A DNA stretch of 35,375 nt from Octopus bimaculoides (taxonomy: Eukaryota), in assembly GCF_001194135.2 (NCBI RefSeq), contig NC_068982.1, positions 158,887,802 through 158,923,176 of the forward strand, read 5' to 3'. Shown piece after piece: positions 9,991-22,277 of the stretch; positions within the stretch are counted from its first letter, which is position 1; the number at the start of each line of letters is the position of its first letter. A model generated the notes under the pieces. The model saw only the letters and a list, made by a program, of their open reading frames with translations. It had not been told where the DNA came from and did no database searches. The translations under genes and the position numbers were made by a program.

Positions 9991-10785
9991 GTAAATATAT
10001 ATGCTTGTTTAGTCCTTGTATATTGTAGCGTACTCTGAATTGTTCAGAGCGTTCAAGGTTGACTATAAGGCCATCACAAGCTAAAGTAAAGAACAACTGT
10101 TATCGAACATATGCATTAAACCATACATACTATGCGTATTAGATATTAATATGTTTAATAGAATATAAAGCCATGTGAAATAGTAATGTTGGAGTTAGTG
10201 GAGTTATATTTATGCTATGTCAATATGAGAGAATATGACACGCACATGACAGAATTTTCAAATACATGTCATCTTCAGCGTCAGATTGGCTGTATAATCA
10301 TCTCAGGAATATTGACTTATATCCTAAAACCACTAACAAGCGTACCGTTCAGCAGAGTTAGTGATGTATATCTGTAACACCTTGACTAAATAGAATAGAA
10401 TACAAAGCAGCATCTTTACGAAACAGTCCAATGTATGACCACTTATTCAAATCAGTTTGTGAAATCATATTAAAACTTTGCAAGCAAATGAATTCGACTG
10501 ACCAGTAGGCCTCACCGGAATTGCCTGAAATATATCCAGTATAATTAATTTAGCAGCATGAATAAATATGTTCTAATATCATCAATATGTTTATTGAAAT
10601 AAATATGAGCTCGGATGCTGAACTCTTTGGTAGACATGCATCAAAATTCACTATTGTTTTATGGGTAAACTATTGTAACCTTTAACTGAAAGGTTGTGTA
10701 GTTGCTTCTTAGTTGCATATAGATATTTAATGACTGTGTTTCCCTCGTGATAAAGCACCCAGTTATCTGTATAAGTCACTTCGTT

Positions 10786-10819
<34 letters not shown>

Positions 10820-10888
10820 GCTTCCTAGGAGCTGACATAACACATTTAAGTTTGATCCAGATATAGTTATTTTCGATTTTTTAACAAT

Positions 10889-11320
10889 AGGCACAGAAGC
10901 GGCTGTTTGGTAAGTAGCTTGCTTACTAACCACATGGTTTCGGGTTCATTCCAACTGCCTGGCTCCTTGGGCAATTGTTTTCTACTATAGCTTCAGGCCG
11001 ACCAGAGACTTGTGAGTGGATTTGGTAGACGGAAATTGAAAGAAGCACGTCGTATATATGTAACNNNNNNNNNNATATATATATAGTTACATATATATGT
11101 TTGTTTGTCTGTGTTTGTCCCCCCAGTATCGCTTGGCAACCGATGGCGGTGTGTTTACGTCCCCATAACATAGCTGTTCGGCAAAAGAAACCGATAGAAT
11201 AAGTACTAGGCTTACAAAGAATAAGTCCTGGGGTCGATTTGCTCGACTGAAAGGCGGTGCTCCAACATGGCCGCAGTCAAATGACTGAAACAAGTAAAAG
11301 AGTAAAGGAGTAAAAGAATA
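10889..11320 (+). mobile_element. tRNA-derived SINE family B, full length with internal (TA)n linker
   Basis: Head AGGCACAGAAGCGGCTGTTTGGTAAG..GGTTCATTCC (A/B-box-like), microsatellite and gap at about 11055-11100, tail ending AGTAAAAGAGTAAAGGAGTAAAAGAATA; homologous to the 7546, 21735 and 31372 copies. Confidence 0.88.
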
Positions 11321-12064
11321 TGAATACAAATGAAATTTGTACTAATCAAGCTAAAATCTTGAGGTCTTCTCACAAAATTTCAGTCACGAAGTTGTCCGTT
11401 TCATTTACACAACAATATAAAGATTTAAACTCCAAAAAACATCGACCAAAACTAAATATGTAGAAATTTTACCAATTTCTAAACCAGGCAGGTTACGTAC
11501 TCATTTACTCACTTGTCAGAACTGATGGGAAAGGAGACACAAATATTTTTACGACAACAGAGTTTACTACTTAATCCATTCTGTGCTACTCTATGCATTA
11601 AGCTGTGAATGGGTCTTTAGACAATTAACATGAAAGCGGTTAAAATGTAAACTGTGTGGAGAAATCCGGTGTGTAGTGTTTGACGATGTTTATAATTTGT
11701 TACATGAAATTATATTCAATATTGTTGTGTACTTCGTTGTGATTTATTGCTATAATATTGGCGAGCCATATATCATTGTTATATTGAATGATGGATTATT
11801 TATCCATTTATTCATTTTATTCTACAGTGTGTTCACAGCAGACTCGTCGATTGAAAACATTCAACGACCAATTTGCTTGTTGAGTGTATTTCACTCAGTC
11901 AAACTAAAATTGGAACACTATGATCACAAATGAGTCTACCGACATAAAGGCGGTCTTTTGTCACTCTTGCGTTCATTCATATGTGTCTCAACTCAGACAT
12001 GTATTCATGTATGGTTGCACATACGAACCCCCCTCTCTCTCTCTCTCTTCCTTTCTCTCTCGTT

Positions 12065-12361
12065 ATGCATGATGAACTCTCCCATCGAAGACAACGAATG
12101 CGTGTTCTGCTTTTGTCAAATGAGCTGAAGAAACGATTTGTTCATAGCGATCGAATACACGTGCTGTACATTAATTCACTCTCTTTATCAAATCGATGTT
12201 TTCTGGGTAGGTGCCCAGTTTACCACAAGTCAGGTATCGAAGTGATCGCAGAGGAGCGTGAGATGAATTGCTTTACTCAACAACAGAACGTAGAACCCGG
12301 TCGTAGAATTAAAACAACGGTCTCGCGATCGTGAGTGCAATCCACTGATCACTAGGCCATG
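12065..12361 (-). mobile_element. tRNA-derived SINE family C, degenerate
   Basis: Minus strand begins CATGGCCTAGTGATCAGTGGATTGCACTCACGATCGCGAGACCGTTGTTTTAATTCT (tRNA-like A-box and decayed B-box) then GTTGTTGAGTAAAGCAATTCATCTCACG; abuts a (CT)n tract. Confidence 0.5.
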
Positions 12362-15105
12362 AAAAGCTGAGTGAACATTTTATAGAGGTTTGCAGTGGGT
12401 AGGATTCAGAAATTAAGCATCTGAAGTGATATCTTTAGTCATGCTTCGTCCTCGTTTTTTCTCCTTAGCTAAGGATTGTCGAGCTCTAAGGCACGTGACA
12501 TTAGAATGACTGTTGCAATATATAGGTATTTTAGTGACAAAACTTTCAATTGAATAGGCATTTTAAAACAATGACAAGAGTACATTTCCCAGCTCCATCG
12601 CGTTAAAGTTGAAGTTAAGTACAGATGTCATTAATGTCAGATTGATTTTTTTTGTGATGAGTCGCTTGTCCTTAATATGGATTTAACTGCAATTTTAAAA
12701 CGAATAAAGTTTCGTTATAGCTGTCTATTTGATGCATTAAACCACACTTAATTATGTTATTAAATAAGAATTACAACGTACTAGTAATACTTTTACACAT
12801 TTTACGTTCCCGACTAACGACAAATAAAAAATCTCAGAGTAGTATTTGCACATACATATGTGTGTGTGTGTATACACACATGATAGTGCACACACACACA
12901 CACACTCACACACATACACGAACACGCACACACATATGCTTAAATCGATGATGTTTTTTTTTTTACGTTGCAGGATATCATTCAATCTGTCTATCTCGGC
13001 AATTTTACGACGATATTTTACACGTACAGTAATTTTATTGGCCGATTAAACATTTCAGATTCAAAACTGCCAAGATCAGGATGGCTGCCTAAATTACTAA
13101 CTGCAAATATATAATTCAATATAAATAGTAAAGAAAGTGTGATATACTTCTGCGATGAAATATTAACAAAACTCTATTCATGCGACTTATATTTTTCACA
13201 ACTATTCTGTCCTTTTCAGTAGCCTGAATCACCGCAATAGTTAAAGCTTCAGACAACATACATTGTTCCATCTTAGCATGGTCAATCAAACATAACGGTT
13301 TCTTCGATATATTCAAGTTCATGAATTTTAGCGGAGATTAAACCCAGTTATGTGATATTTTGTATAAGATGGACAACCTGAATGTTCTGTAATACATCAA
13401 ATCGGGTATTTAGTTGCAAAGTTCCTTGTACACAAATATTAAAATATTCCTCTTATAAAAAAGTTGAAGTATTTGTCGATGTTAGGAAATTGCTTTGTTT
13501 AAAATATTCTGCAAAGATGTTTTTAATAAAGTTTTCTATTTTTAAATATAATTTTTATATCTCTGCTTGTCGTTTCCAAAACAAAATCATTAGTTGCTAA
13601 CACACAAGTTAAACATTTCGACATATTTATAAAGTGCACGTACATAATATATTTTCTCTTAAAAAAGAATGATATTCTGTTTTGTTACATTAAACAGCGT
13701 TTATGCATTTTTTTCTTTTATTTTCAGATAAAATTCTGTTATGTAGTTCGTTTAAATAATTTTCATGTGATCATTACAAGTTATCGGTTTTGTTTGTTTA
13801 AAATTCTTAGTCATTGTCTTGAAAGAAAATTTGATTTATTCACCTAAAAAAGACAATTTATATCAGGTGTAGATCTTTTCATGCAAACTTTCAAATTTAT
13901 TCCAACAGCATTTAACTAAATCATTTTTTTTTAAATTAAGGTGTATATGTATGTATATGTATTCATGTATGCACATGCACATGAATACATGTCTATACGT
14001 ATGCATGCACATTCACAGACGTACATATTTACATATACATGTGTGTATATATAGATATTTGTGCGCGCGTGTATGTATATCTATATTTCAAAAAGAAAGA
14101 GGGAGAATTTATACATTGCGTGTGTGATATTTTTATTTAATGCACCTCAGTGCAGTTGGACTCAGTAGCTGAAACATTAAAATTTCCTGCGCACGAGAAA
14201 ATACATAAGATATAAATAATACGGCACAAATTAAATTAAATTAAATATTAGGTTGCTGAAATTTCAAAGTATTTTTGTTTGCTTTTTTTTTTTTAACAAC
14301 ACAGTGTCTTGCAGGAGAATCATGCGCATGAAAATGAGCTCAGCTCTTCTCATGGCATGCGTCGAATATTGATAAATTTTGAATTTCAGTATAACGTCAG
14401 TTTCCAACTTGCTTGGGTATTTTGAATCTCGATTTTATTTTATGATGGCGTTATATTTCCCTCATATAATAGAGATGAAAGTGATGACACTTTATCCCCT
14501 TTGCTCCGAATATCTTGAAAGGAAAACTGTTTTTCTCTTTTTTTTCCTATAGCTTCAGTAGATTAAGATGATTTGCGGTGCTGACATTCTTAATATTCTC
14601 CGAGATGTGAAGGAAGATGAAAAAGTTCATTGCAAATAAGAATCATAGCCTGTCATAATGCATGTAACAAAGAGAGCTCCACTAAAAACAGTCACGTCCT
14701 TGATAAAGTTTATCAACGAAGATAAGGAGTGTTCCCTCCATATTGTGTGTTTTACGTCTTATGTGTCATTACCTCAAAAAAAAAATGTTATGCCTAACCC
14801 GAAGTTATGTAGAATACTGTCCTAGATATTGTGCACTGCGATTATACTAGAAATAAAGTAGATTTCAATAAACTTCAAGAAACAAAGTAATTTTGAAGCC
14901 GAATACTGAGCGACATAGTCATGCCTTTATATTAATGAATTATAAGTTAAACAATTAAATTATATTTCATTATCTTGAAATCAATGTCTACCTACAAGAT
15001 ATATTATTGCAAATAGATAATAAGCCTTTATTCTTCATTCTAATTCATCCAAAAGACAAAGACAAAATTCCTGGATTATCACATAAGATTAATATTAATC
15101 TCATT

Positions 15106-15260
15106 TTAAGGTGGCCAGCTGGCAGAAACGTGAGTACGCCGGGCGAAATGCTTAGCGCTATATCGTCCGTCTTTACGTTCTGAGTTCAAATTCCGCAGAG
15201 GTCAACTTTACCTTTCATCTTTTCGTGGTCGATAAATTAAGTGCCATTAGTAGAAAAAAC
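15106..15260 (+). mobile_element. SINE family A, internally deleted, with 12-bp target-site duplication
   Basis: ATTAATCTCATT at 15094-15105 and 15261-15272; head and B-box intact; about 60 bp missing before the TAGTAGAAAA tail relative to the 6839 copy. Confidence 0.9.
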
Positions 15261-15873
15261 ATTAATCTCATTGCATAGTTAATTGTCTCAGTCTACGAAA
15301 AATTCTGCAAGGAAATTAATATATTCTGCATTTCTCGAGGAGATACAGATGTGTTGATGATGTTTAATAAAGATTATTTATATAACGGATATTATTTCTT
15401 GCATGAAATCTTCAAAAATAATTGGCGTTGGGCTAATTTGTTAAATGAATAATAATTTGTTCTGTTTACTCAAATGTCTTGACAGAATTTGATGACTTTT
15501 TGTTATTGTATCTCATTATGCGTTTTCTGTTTTAAATGCGCATAATACAATTGTTTCATTTTGAAATAATATCGTATAGCAATGAAGTAAACGTTGGGCT
15601 GACTATGTTTTCACTTTGTTTGGGATAAACACCATTGCTTTATTAAAACTTTCAAAATTGGAGTTAGCTCTGTTTAGGATGTTAGAAATCCACAACTTGC
15701 TTTTATAAGTTTTGATGGCCATTACAATACTTAAACATTTCTTGAGTTATTCTTACTTTGAACAGTCAGAATACATTCACAGCATACTTTATAGAGTACG
15801 TCAGGAACAAATATAATTATACTTAGCAACACTGTAGGCACATATTTAATTCTGAAATATTTAACACTATATA

Positions 15874-15990
15874 TATGTGTGTGTGTGTGAGTGTGTTTGT
15901 GTTTGTTTGTGTGTGTGTGTGCTTGTGTGTGTTTGTGTGTGTGTGTTTGATTGTGTGTGCTTGTGTGTGTGTGTGTGTGCATGCATATAT
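15874..15990. repeat. Imperfect (TG)n microsatellite
   Basis: Direct. Confidence 0.95.
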
Positions 15991-18900
15991 ATAATGATAT
16001 GCTATTGTAAAACCCAGGGATCTACTTGTAGTAAGTTAGTAATCTTCGAGCAGTCCGTGGTAGGTACGTAAACCAACTTACAAGAACAATAATAGTTTAA
16101 TGGCATAGAATGTTTTAGGCTTTTCCCATATCGAAGTTCGATAGGCTGAAAAAAATGTTTTTATAGTTAACGGTTAGCAACTAGATTTGCTATGAATGCG
16201 AATAGATATACTAATGGTGGGAATGGAGCAGGTGAAATCCATGTTACATATGTTTCCAAGCACGCTGATCCTCGGAAGTGATAACTATACAATGTGGGCT
16301 ACTTCACTAGATACTCATCAGGCTGAAGGTACCCTAAATTAATGAAGCTTATACTGTTACCAAGGAATCCGAAGTAAACTCACCGGGGATATAATTTAAT
16401 ACACACATATACATATACATACATACCTACATATATATATGTATGTGTGTATGTGTGTGTAAGTGTATGAGTGTAAATATGTGAAAAAAAATATATATGT
16501 ATATATTTACATATTTACTAACATTCTGCTTTTCTATATCTGTGGTCTCATTACGTGAAGCACAAATGATTTTCGATTTCAATATCTGCCCAAGGCTAAA
16601 TCACCTTTAAGTTATGCAAATTAAATCTGCTCTAAATTTCTTTTACGACAATGAGGTTCAACAAATGTTTATGTCATTAAAGTTAATACACTGCAGTATA
16701 TTTTGTTTTCTCAAGGTGGATCTAGTCAGTATATATATATATATATATATCATAACATAAATTTCGTGTTTGTGTGTGTGTGTGTTTTAACATAGATTCC
16801 TATCAGCTATGAAAATACAATGAATTAAATGAACTCCAGTTCACAAATCTAGGCTATGTTCAACTTTTGGTAGATTAAAAAAAAAAAGAACTTTTAGTAG
16901 TATAAATATTTCATTTAACGATCTCATTGATACATGAATACATCTAGGATTTGAAAAGTAGAATTTCGAATCTATCTCTTGACTGAATTCTCCTTTCATA
17001 TCAAATACTAATGCAATTCCACTACTGAAACGTCTATATCTTAGTACCACATTATATATAGTATTTCTAAACCATACCTGGTACTAAAGCAGTTTTTTGC
17101 ATCCATCCAACTTCCCTCCAACTAAATGTTTGTCATCACAATTATTCGTATTCGGAGTAACTGATCAAACGAAAATTATACATTACTCTAAGTTCATTCT
17201 GCAAGCTTTATGGAGTTGGTAATCAACAATCAACAAAATCTATGACTTGAAAACAACAAAAACGAACTATTCATTTTGAATACAATAGTTTCATTATAAT
17301 ACTAAAATCTTCACTGTCATCAAGTTGGTCGGTATATAATCAAATTAAAATTGATGGCCATCATATCTAATGGTTGTAATTGTAATTGATATCAAAACTT
17401 TGTGACAAATATAATTCACGTTCACTTATCTTTTCGTGAACTCAGAATACAGAAACAAATGGTGAATGTTATTTTAGCTTCTCAATAAGAGTATATGTTA
17501 CAAAAGGAAAAAAAAATATTCCTAATTCACTATGTGAAATAACTACATCTGAAAGTTACTAGTGTGGTACTTTGGTGGTGCTGTTGTCTGTATCTGCAGA
17601 GCTTAGAAAGGCATTATAACGACAGCTCGTAATATTCTTAGAGAAGGAATATTACGAATATTATTTCTTTATATAGTAAACTTTTCTATGAGCTTATCAC
17701 ACAAACAAGTTCTAGTTCACAGCAAAACAATAGCTTTGTAGTGGTGGTATCTACGATATATATGAACACCCATTTTCAAAACAAGTGAAGCTTGTACATG
17801 GTCACTTGAACTGGTAGAAAGAGCAGAAAGTTTCTCTGAAATGATAGGCCAACATCTACAAAAGAGACAACGATATATTCAGGAATATAGTTGAAGATGA
17901 ACTGACATGGTAATGGTGAGAGTTTTTCCTGAGCATAAATCTGTTCCATGAGAAATGATGTGGGGCTACCAACAAACATTGAAAAAAAATATTAAGTTCC
18001 GCATTACTCTTAGAATATTTCGATTCAACTCGCCATTATATTTGTTCGTGCTCTATATCATTTGTGATATGAAGTTAATTTTAAAGAATGTATGTGTATT
18101 GAATGCATGACAGCTTGAGTGTGTGTGTGACGTGTTAGCGAGAGCATAAGCCTCTATAAACATATGATGTTGCTGTGAGGATAGTACACTCGATCCTTGA
18201 GTTAATTTGGTTTTGAAAGGAATCCGCAGTCTGGTTGATGATTTAGACTCCCTGTGCTATGCTAGCATATTGAATATTGGAGCAGCACGGTAGTCGGTAC
18301 AGACGAATACAAAATTTTATTGGCATCTTATTTTATTAATACCAAAAAATTAAATATAAGTTTGGCCACTGTATGATAAAATCTAAGAACCTAAAGAGTC
18401 CTAAGAAATTCCGCAAGATTTTTCTTTGACTCACCAAAAAAAAAAAAAAAAAATGACTGCCAATACATCATCTTAACTCAGCTCGGAATCATAAACTTTT
18501 TTAACTGCATTAAGTTACATAATGTGAGGTGTAAATATTATCTCCTTGTAGCACATTAATTTATATTTCAAAAACAATATTCCAGGAATAACTACAACGT
18601 TTAGATTGAAGAATCACTCAGATCAAATGTAGAAACGTGTCTGCTCAAGAAAATGGAATCTGTTTCTTAAGTTTAAGGCCACCATTATACTAAGACCAAC
18701 CCGTTTTCGTTTGGCGAATCTTAGACCATATTACAGAATAACAGATTTCTTTGAGAAGACAAAATGTGTTTTGAAAATCGTCTTCTTAATTCTGCCATAT
18801 GTTGGTTCCCTTATTCAAAATAAACTCATAGAGATGACAAAAATGAAATAGATTTAAAGCGAATATGTTCCATGAATCGGTTGAGAAAATAATATTTCTA

Positions 18901-19059
18901 AGCTTACATTGTATATGCGCTATCCTTACAATATATCCTTTTGTATAGTTTTCTTAGAATACGTAAGAATGCTATAGTATTCTCTTCATTCATGGATGCA
19001 GGCATTAATATCCCATCATACATTCTTTTTTATTTATATGGCAACATCCTATTTATTGA

Positions 19060-19060
19060 T

Positions 19061-19124
<64 letters not shown>

Positions 19125-20018
19125 NNNNNNNNNNNNNNNNNNNNNNNNNNNNNNNNNNNNNNNNNNNNNNNNNNNNNNNNNNNNNNNNNNNNNNNNNNNN
19201 NNNNNNNNNNNNNNNNNNNNNNNNNNNNNNNNNNNNNNNNNNNNNNNNNNNNNNNNNNNNNNNNNNNNNNNNNNNNNNNNNNNNNNNNNNNNNNNNNNNN
19301 NNNNNNNNNNNNNNNNNNNNNNNNNNNNNNNNNNNNNNNNNNNNNNNNNNNNNNNNNNNNNNNNNNNNNNNNNNNNNNNNNNNNNNNNNNNNNNNNNNNN
19401 NNNNNNNNNNNNNNNNNNNNNNNNNNNNNNNNNNNNNNNNNNNNNNNNNNNNNNNNNNNNNNNNNNNNNNNNNNNNNNNNNNNNNNNNNNNNNNNNNNNN
19501 NNNNNNNNNNNNNNNNNNNNNNNNNNNNNNNNNNNNNNNNNNNNNNNNNNNNNNNNNNNNNNNNNNNNNNNNNNNNNNNNNNNNNNNNNNNNNNNNNNNN
19601 NNNNNNNNNNNNNNNNNNNNNNNNNNNNNNNNNNNNNNNNNNNNNNNNNNNNNNNNNNNNNNNNNNNNNNNNNNNNNNNNNNNNNNNNNNNNNNNNNNNN
19701 NNNNNNNNNNNNNNNNNNNNNNNNNNNNNNNNNNNNNNNNNNNNNNNNNNNNNNNNNNNNNNNNNNNNNNNNNNNNNNNNNNNNNNNNNNNNNNNNNNNN
19801 NNNNNNNNNNNNNNNNNNNNNNNNNNNNNNNNNNNNNNNNNNNNNNNNNNNNNNNNNNNNNNNNNNNNNNNNNNNNNNNNNNNNNNNNNNNNNNNNNNNN
19901 NNNNNNNNNNNNNNNNNNNNNNNNNNNNNNNNNNNNNNNNNNNNNNNNNNNNNNNNNNNNNNNNNNNNNNNNNNNNNNNNNNNNNNNNNNNNNNNNNNNN
20001 NNNNNNNNNNNNNNNNNN

Positions 20019-20088
<70 letters not shown>

Positions 20089-20094
20089 TAGATC

Positions 20095-20134
<40 letters not shown>

Positions 20135-20140
20135 TACATA
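19060..20140. repeat. (TA)n / ~900-nt N gap / (TA)n(GA)n(GATA)n
   Basis: Direct; the 360-400 aa ORFs here are gap artefacts. Confidence 0.97.
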
Positions 20141-20249
20141 GGCATAGAGTTCCATTTACATAAAGGCAAGGAGAAAAATAGGAATGAATCCAAGTAAAAT
20201 TGGCATGATTGATAGGATGTAAGAGAAAGTAAGATATAAAGGTAAAAAT

Positions 20250-20700
20250 AAAAATAAATGCGAAGGGCGAAGACAACAGTCTATGAGAATAACATGATAA
20301 TATAGAAAGAGAAGTCTATAAATATCGCAAATATTGATGAGTCGGACACTTATATACACAGTGAGGTGATGGAGAATTTCATGATTATGCAGTAGGGAAA
20401 AGACTTTTAAATGTAAGGTACCTGAAGATTTGAAGAATAAAAGAGGGGAGTGGTGAAAGGGATTATTTGAGGTTGTATTGTATGTGTACATATCAGTATA
20501 TGCAAAATAATTTTGCAGTGTATTTACTTTCGAAATGTGGATGTAGGATAGAAGCAGAAAATTTGGAAATACACAGGTCCATAGGGATTGGAATAACAGC
20601 AATGGAGAAAATCAATTTGGAAGCTGAAATAACGAAAAATAAATAATACAATGAAAAAAATGTGAGAGAATTGATGAGTAAAACTAACATCATATGACAT
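20250..20700 (-). mobile_element. Highly decayed Penelope-like RT fragment
   Basis: Minus frames give IPMDLCISKFSASIL..HFESK (motif B'-like), IY*YVH at 20484-20498 (YRYVDD position, CGA to TGA) and VYKCPTHQYLRY (cf. VYRKPTxTxQYL) in the same order as in the 7834-9805 element. Confidence 0.45.
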
Positions 20701-20744
20701 GCACAGATACATTTATCTCAAATGTTGTTCTCAGGCAGATTGAT

Positions 20745-20900
20745 CGAGAATGACAATGTGACCAAGCTGGTCCTTTGAAATACAAGTACTACTCATATTT
20801 GCTACTCGAGTGGACTAGTACAACGTGAAATAAATTGTCTTACTAAAGGACAGAACGCACCAACGGGAATGGCACCCACTACCATACCATCGTGAATCGA
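20745..20900 (-). mobile_element. SINE fragment with central conserved-domain-like segment
   Basis: Minus strand GTTCTGTCCTTTAGTAAGACAATTTATTTCACGTTGTACTAGTCCACTCGAGTAGCAAATATGAGTAGTACTTGTATTTCAAAGG resembles the GTCCTTGAGCAAGACACTT..TCCACTCAGC..AAATGAGTAC core of tRNA SINEs; partly similar to the 12065 copy. Confidence 0.5.
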
Positions 20901-22152
20901 TCATACGAGACACTATGTCACGTACCTTCAAATACACGCGCACTCACATACACACACATACCTACATTTATGTCAGTGGCGGTGTAGGTATGCATGTATA
21001 GATATGATATCCTTATTGCTTGGGTTATTTTGAGTTATCTCAACGGAAAATTTAGCTATGCAAATTTATACACACCCACACACTAACAAACAGTATATTT
21101 GTGTGTGTATGTATGTGTGTGAGTCAGTGTATTTGAGTGTGTGTGTGCATGCGCACGTGTAGCTAGATGCATAGACAGAAAGTTAGATAGATATATAGAT
21201 AGATGTAAATATACATAAATGTCTATATCCTATGTGTGTTGACGTCAATGTTTTTACCACCAAGTGATAACAGTAGATTTGCTCACTAAAACTCAGTACA
21301 GATGAATTATGCATATTGTACTAAGATGTGACAACTGAAGTGAAGTGAAGTATAATATTAGTAATGATAATTAATAGTACATAACACGTTGTATTTTCGG
21401 GCGAACACAACCTATTAACTTTCTGCATAACGCCATCTTGAAGGATATTGTTTATTGCTAAGCGCGTGACATCACAACGGCAGGAATGAATTCATTCACA
21501 CTATCCATATTACGGGTATTCTACATTTGTATATTTTCACTAAAATATACAAATGAAGGGCAATAGGTGTTTATTTTAATTTAATTAACATCTGCAATTT
21601 ATATCCAACATAAAAAGCACAGAAGAAATGTGAATGTGTTTACATTTCATTTCATACTTTTGTACAGCTATAATTTATTTCAACGTTTCTAGTTTGGCGT
21701 GCTATGCAATACATCCATTTCTGTGTTTGTGTGCATGGTGGGTAGACTAGTAAGTTTGCTTGCCAACCGCATGTTCCCCCATTTCAATCCTACTGCGTGG
21801 CACTTTGGGCTTCTGTTATAGCCCCAGCAGACAAAAGGTTTGTGAATTTGGAGGAAGCGTGTCGTATGTATGCATGTGTGTGTCTATCTATCTATTTATC
21901 TATCTATCGCTATATCTCTCTTTCTATCTCGTTCTCTCTCACTCTTTCCCTGCATCTCTCTCTCTCTCTCGCTATATATATATGTATGTATATATATATA
22001 TATATATATATTATGGAGATGTACTTGCATAGCAAGTGACCTGATCTGAGATCGTGTGCTGGAACGAAAACAATTGCAGCGTGGAAGGTGTTTATAAGCC
22101 ATTTAAAATAACACACAAAATCCGTTAGATCCACTTCAACATTTAAATTTAA

Positions 22153-22203
22153 TTTGTCAAAATATTTTCGTCGCTTTGAGACCGCGATCTGTTCACTGAC
22201 AAA
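22153..22203 (-). ncRNA. Hammerhead-like motif with G3:C8 core (left arm)
   Basis: Minus strand UUUGUCA-GUGAACA-GA-UCGC-ggucucaaa-GCGA-C-GAAA-AUAU-UU-UGACAAA: 7-bp helix I, intact GAAA, palindromic AAUAUU helix III. Confidence 0.55.
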
Positions 22204-22226
22204 ATTCTGTGCTGCATCTACAGAAT

Positions 22227-22277
22227 TTTGTCAGTGAACAGGTCGGGGTCTCAAAGCGACGGAAATATTTTGACAAA
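22227..22277 (+). ncRNA. Hammerhead-like motif with G3:C8 core (right arm, GAAA mutated to GGAA)
   Basis: TTTGTCA-GTGAACA-G-GTCG-gggtctcaaag-CGAC-GGAA-ATAT-TT-TGACAAA. Confidence 0.45.

Noticed and set aside
12476-12530. Plus-strand AG..GT segment with a good pyrimidine tract
   Set aside because: Stops in all three frames.
14245-14270. TATTAGGTTGCTGAAA resembling a mariner TIR
   Set aside because: Single short match; no partner TIR or transposase nearby.
14318-14360. Imperfect ~20-bp hairpin as a pre-miRNA
   Set aside because: Loop too small and stem too short for a Drosha/Dicer substrate; no other support.
16290-16330. Minus-strand CTGATGAG as a hammerhead core
   Set aside because: Followed by GAAG with no pairable helix II or helix I.
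17780-17990. Possible mariner relic (IFRNIVEDELTW similar to IVTGDETW)
   Set aside because: One weak motif, no TIR and no other transposase motifs.
18941-20276. Five ORFs of 360-400 aa
   Set aside because: Produced by N gaps and (TA)n; the same applies to all X-rich ORFs in the track.
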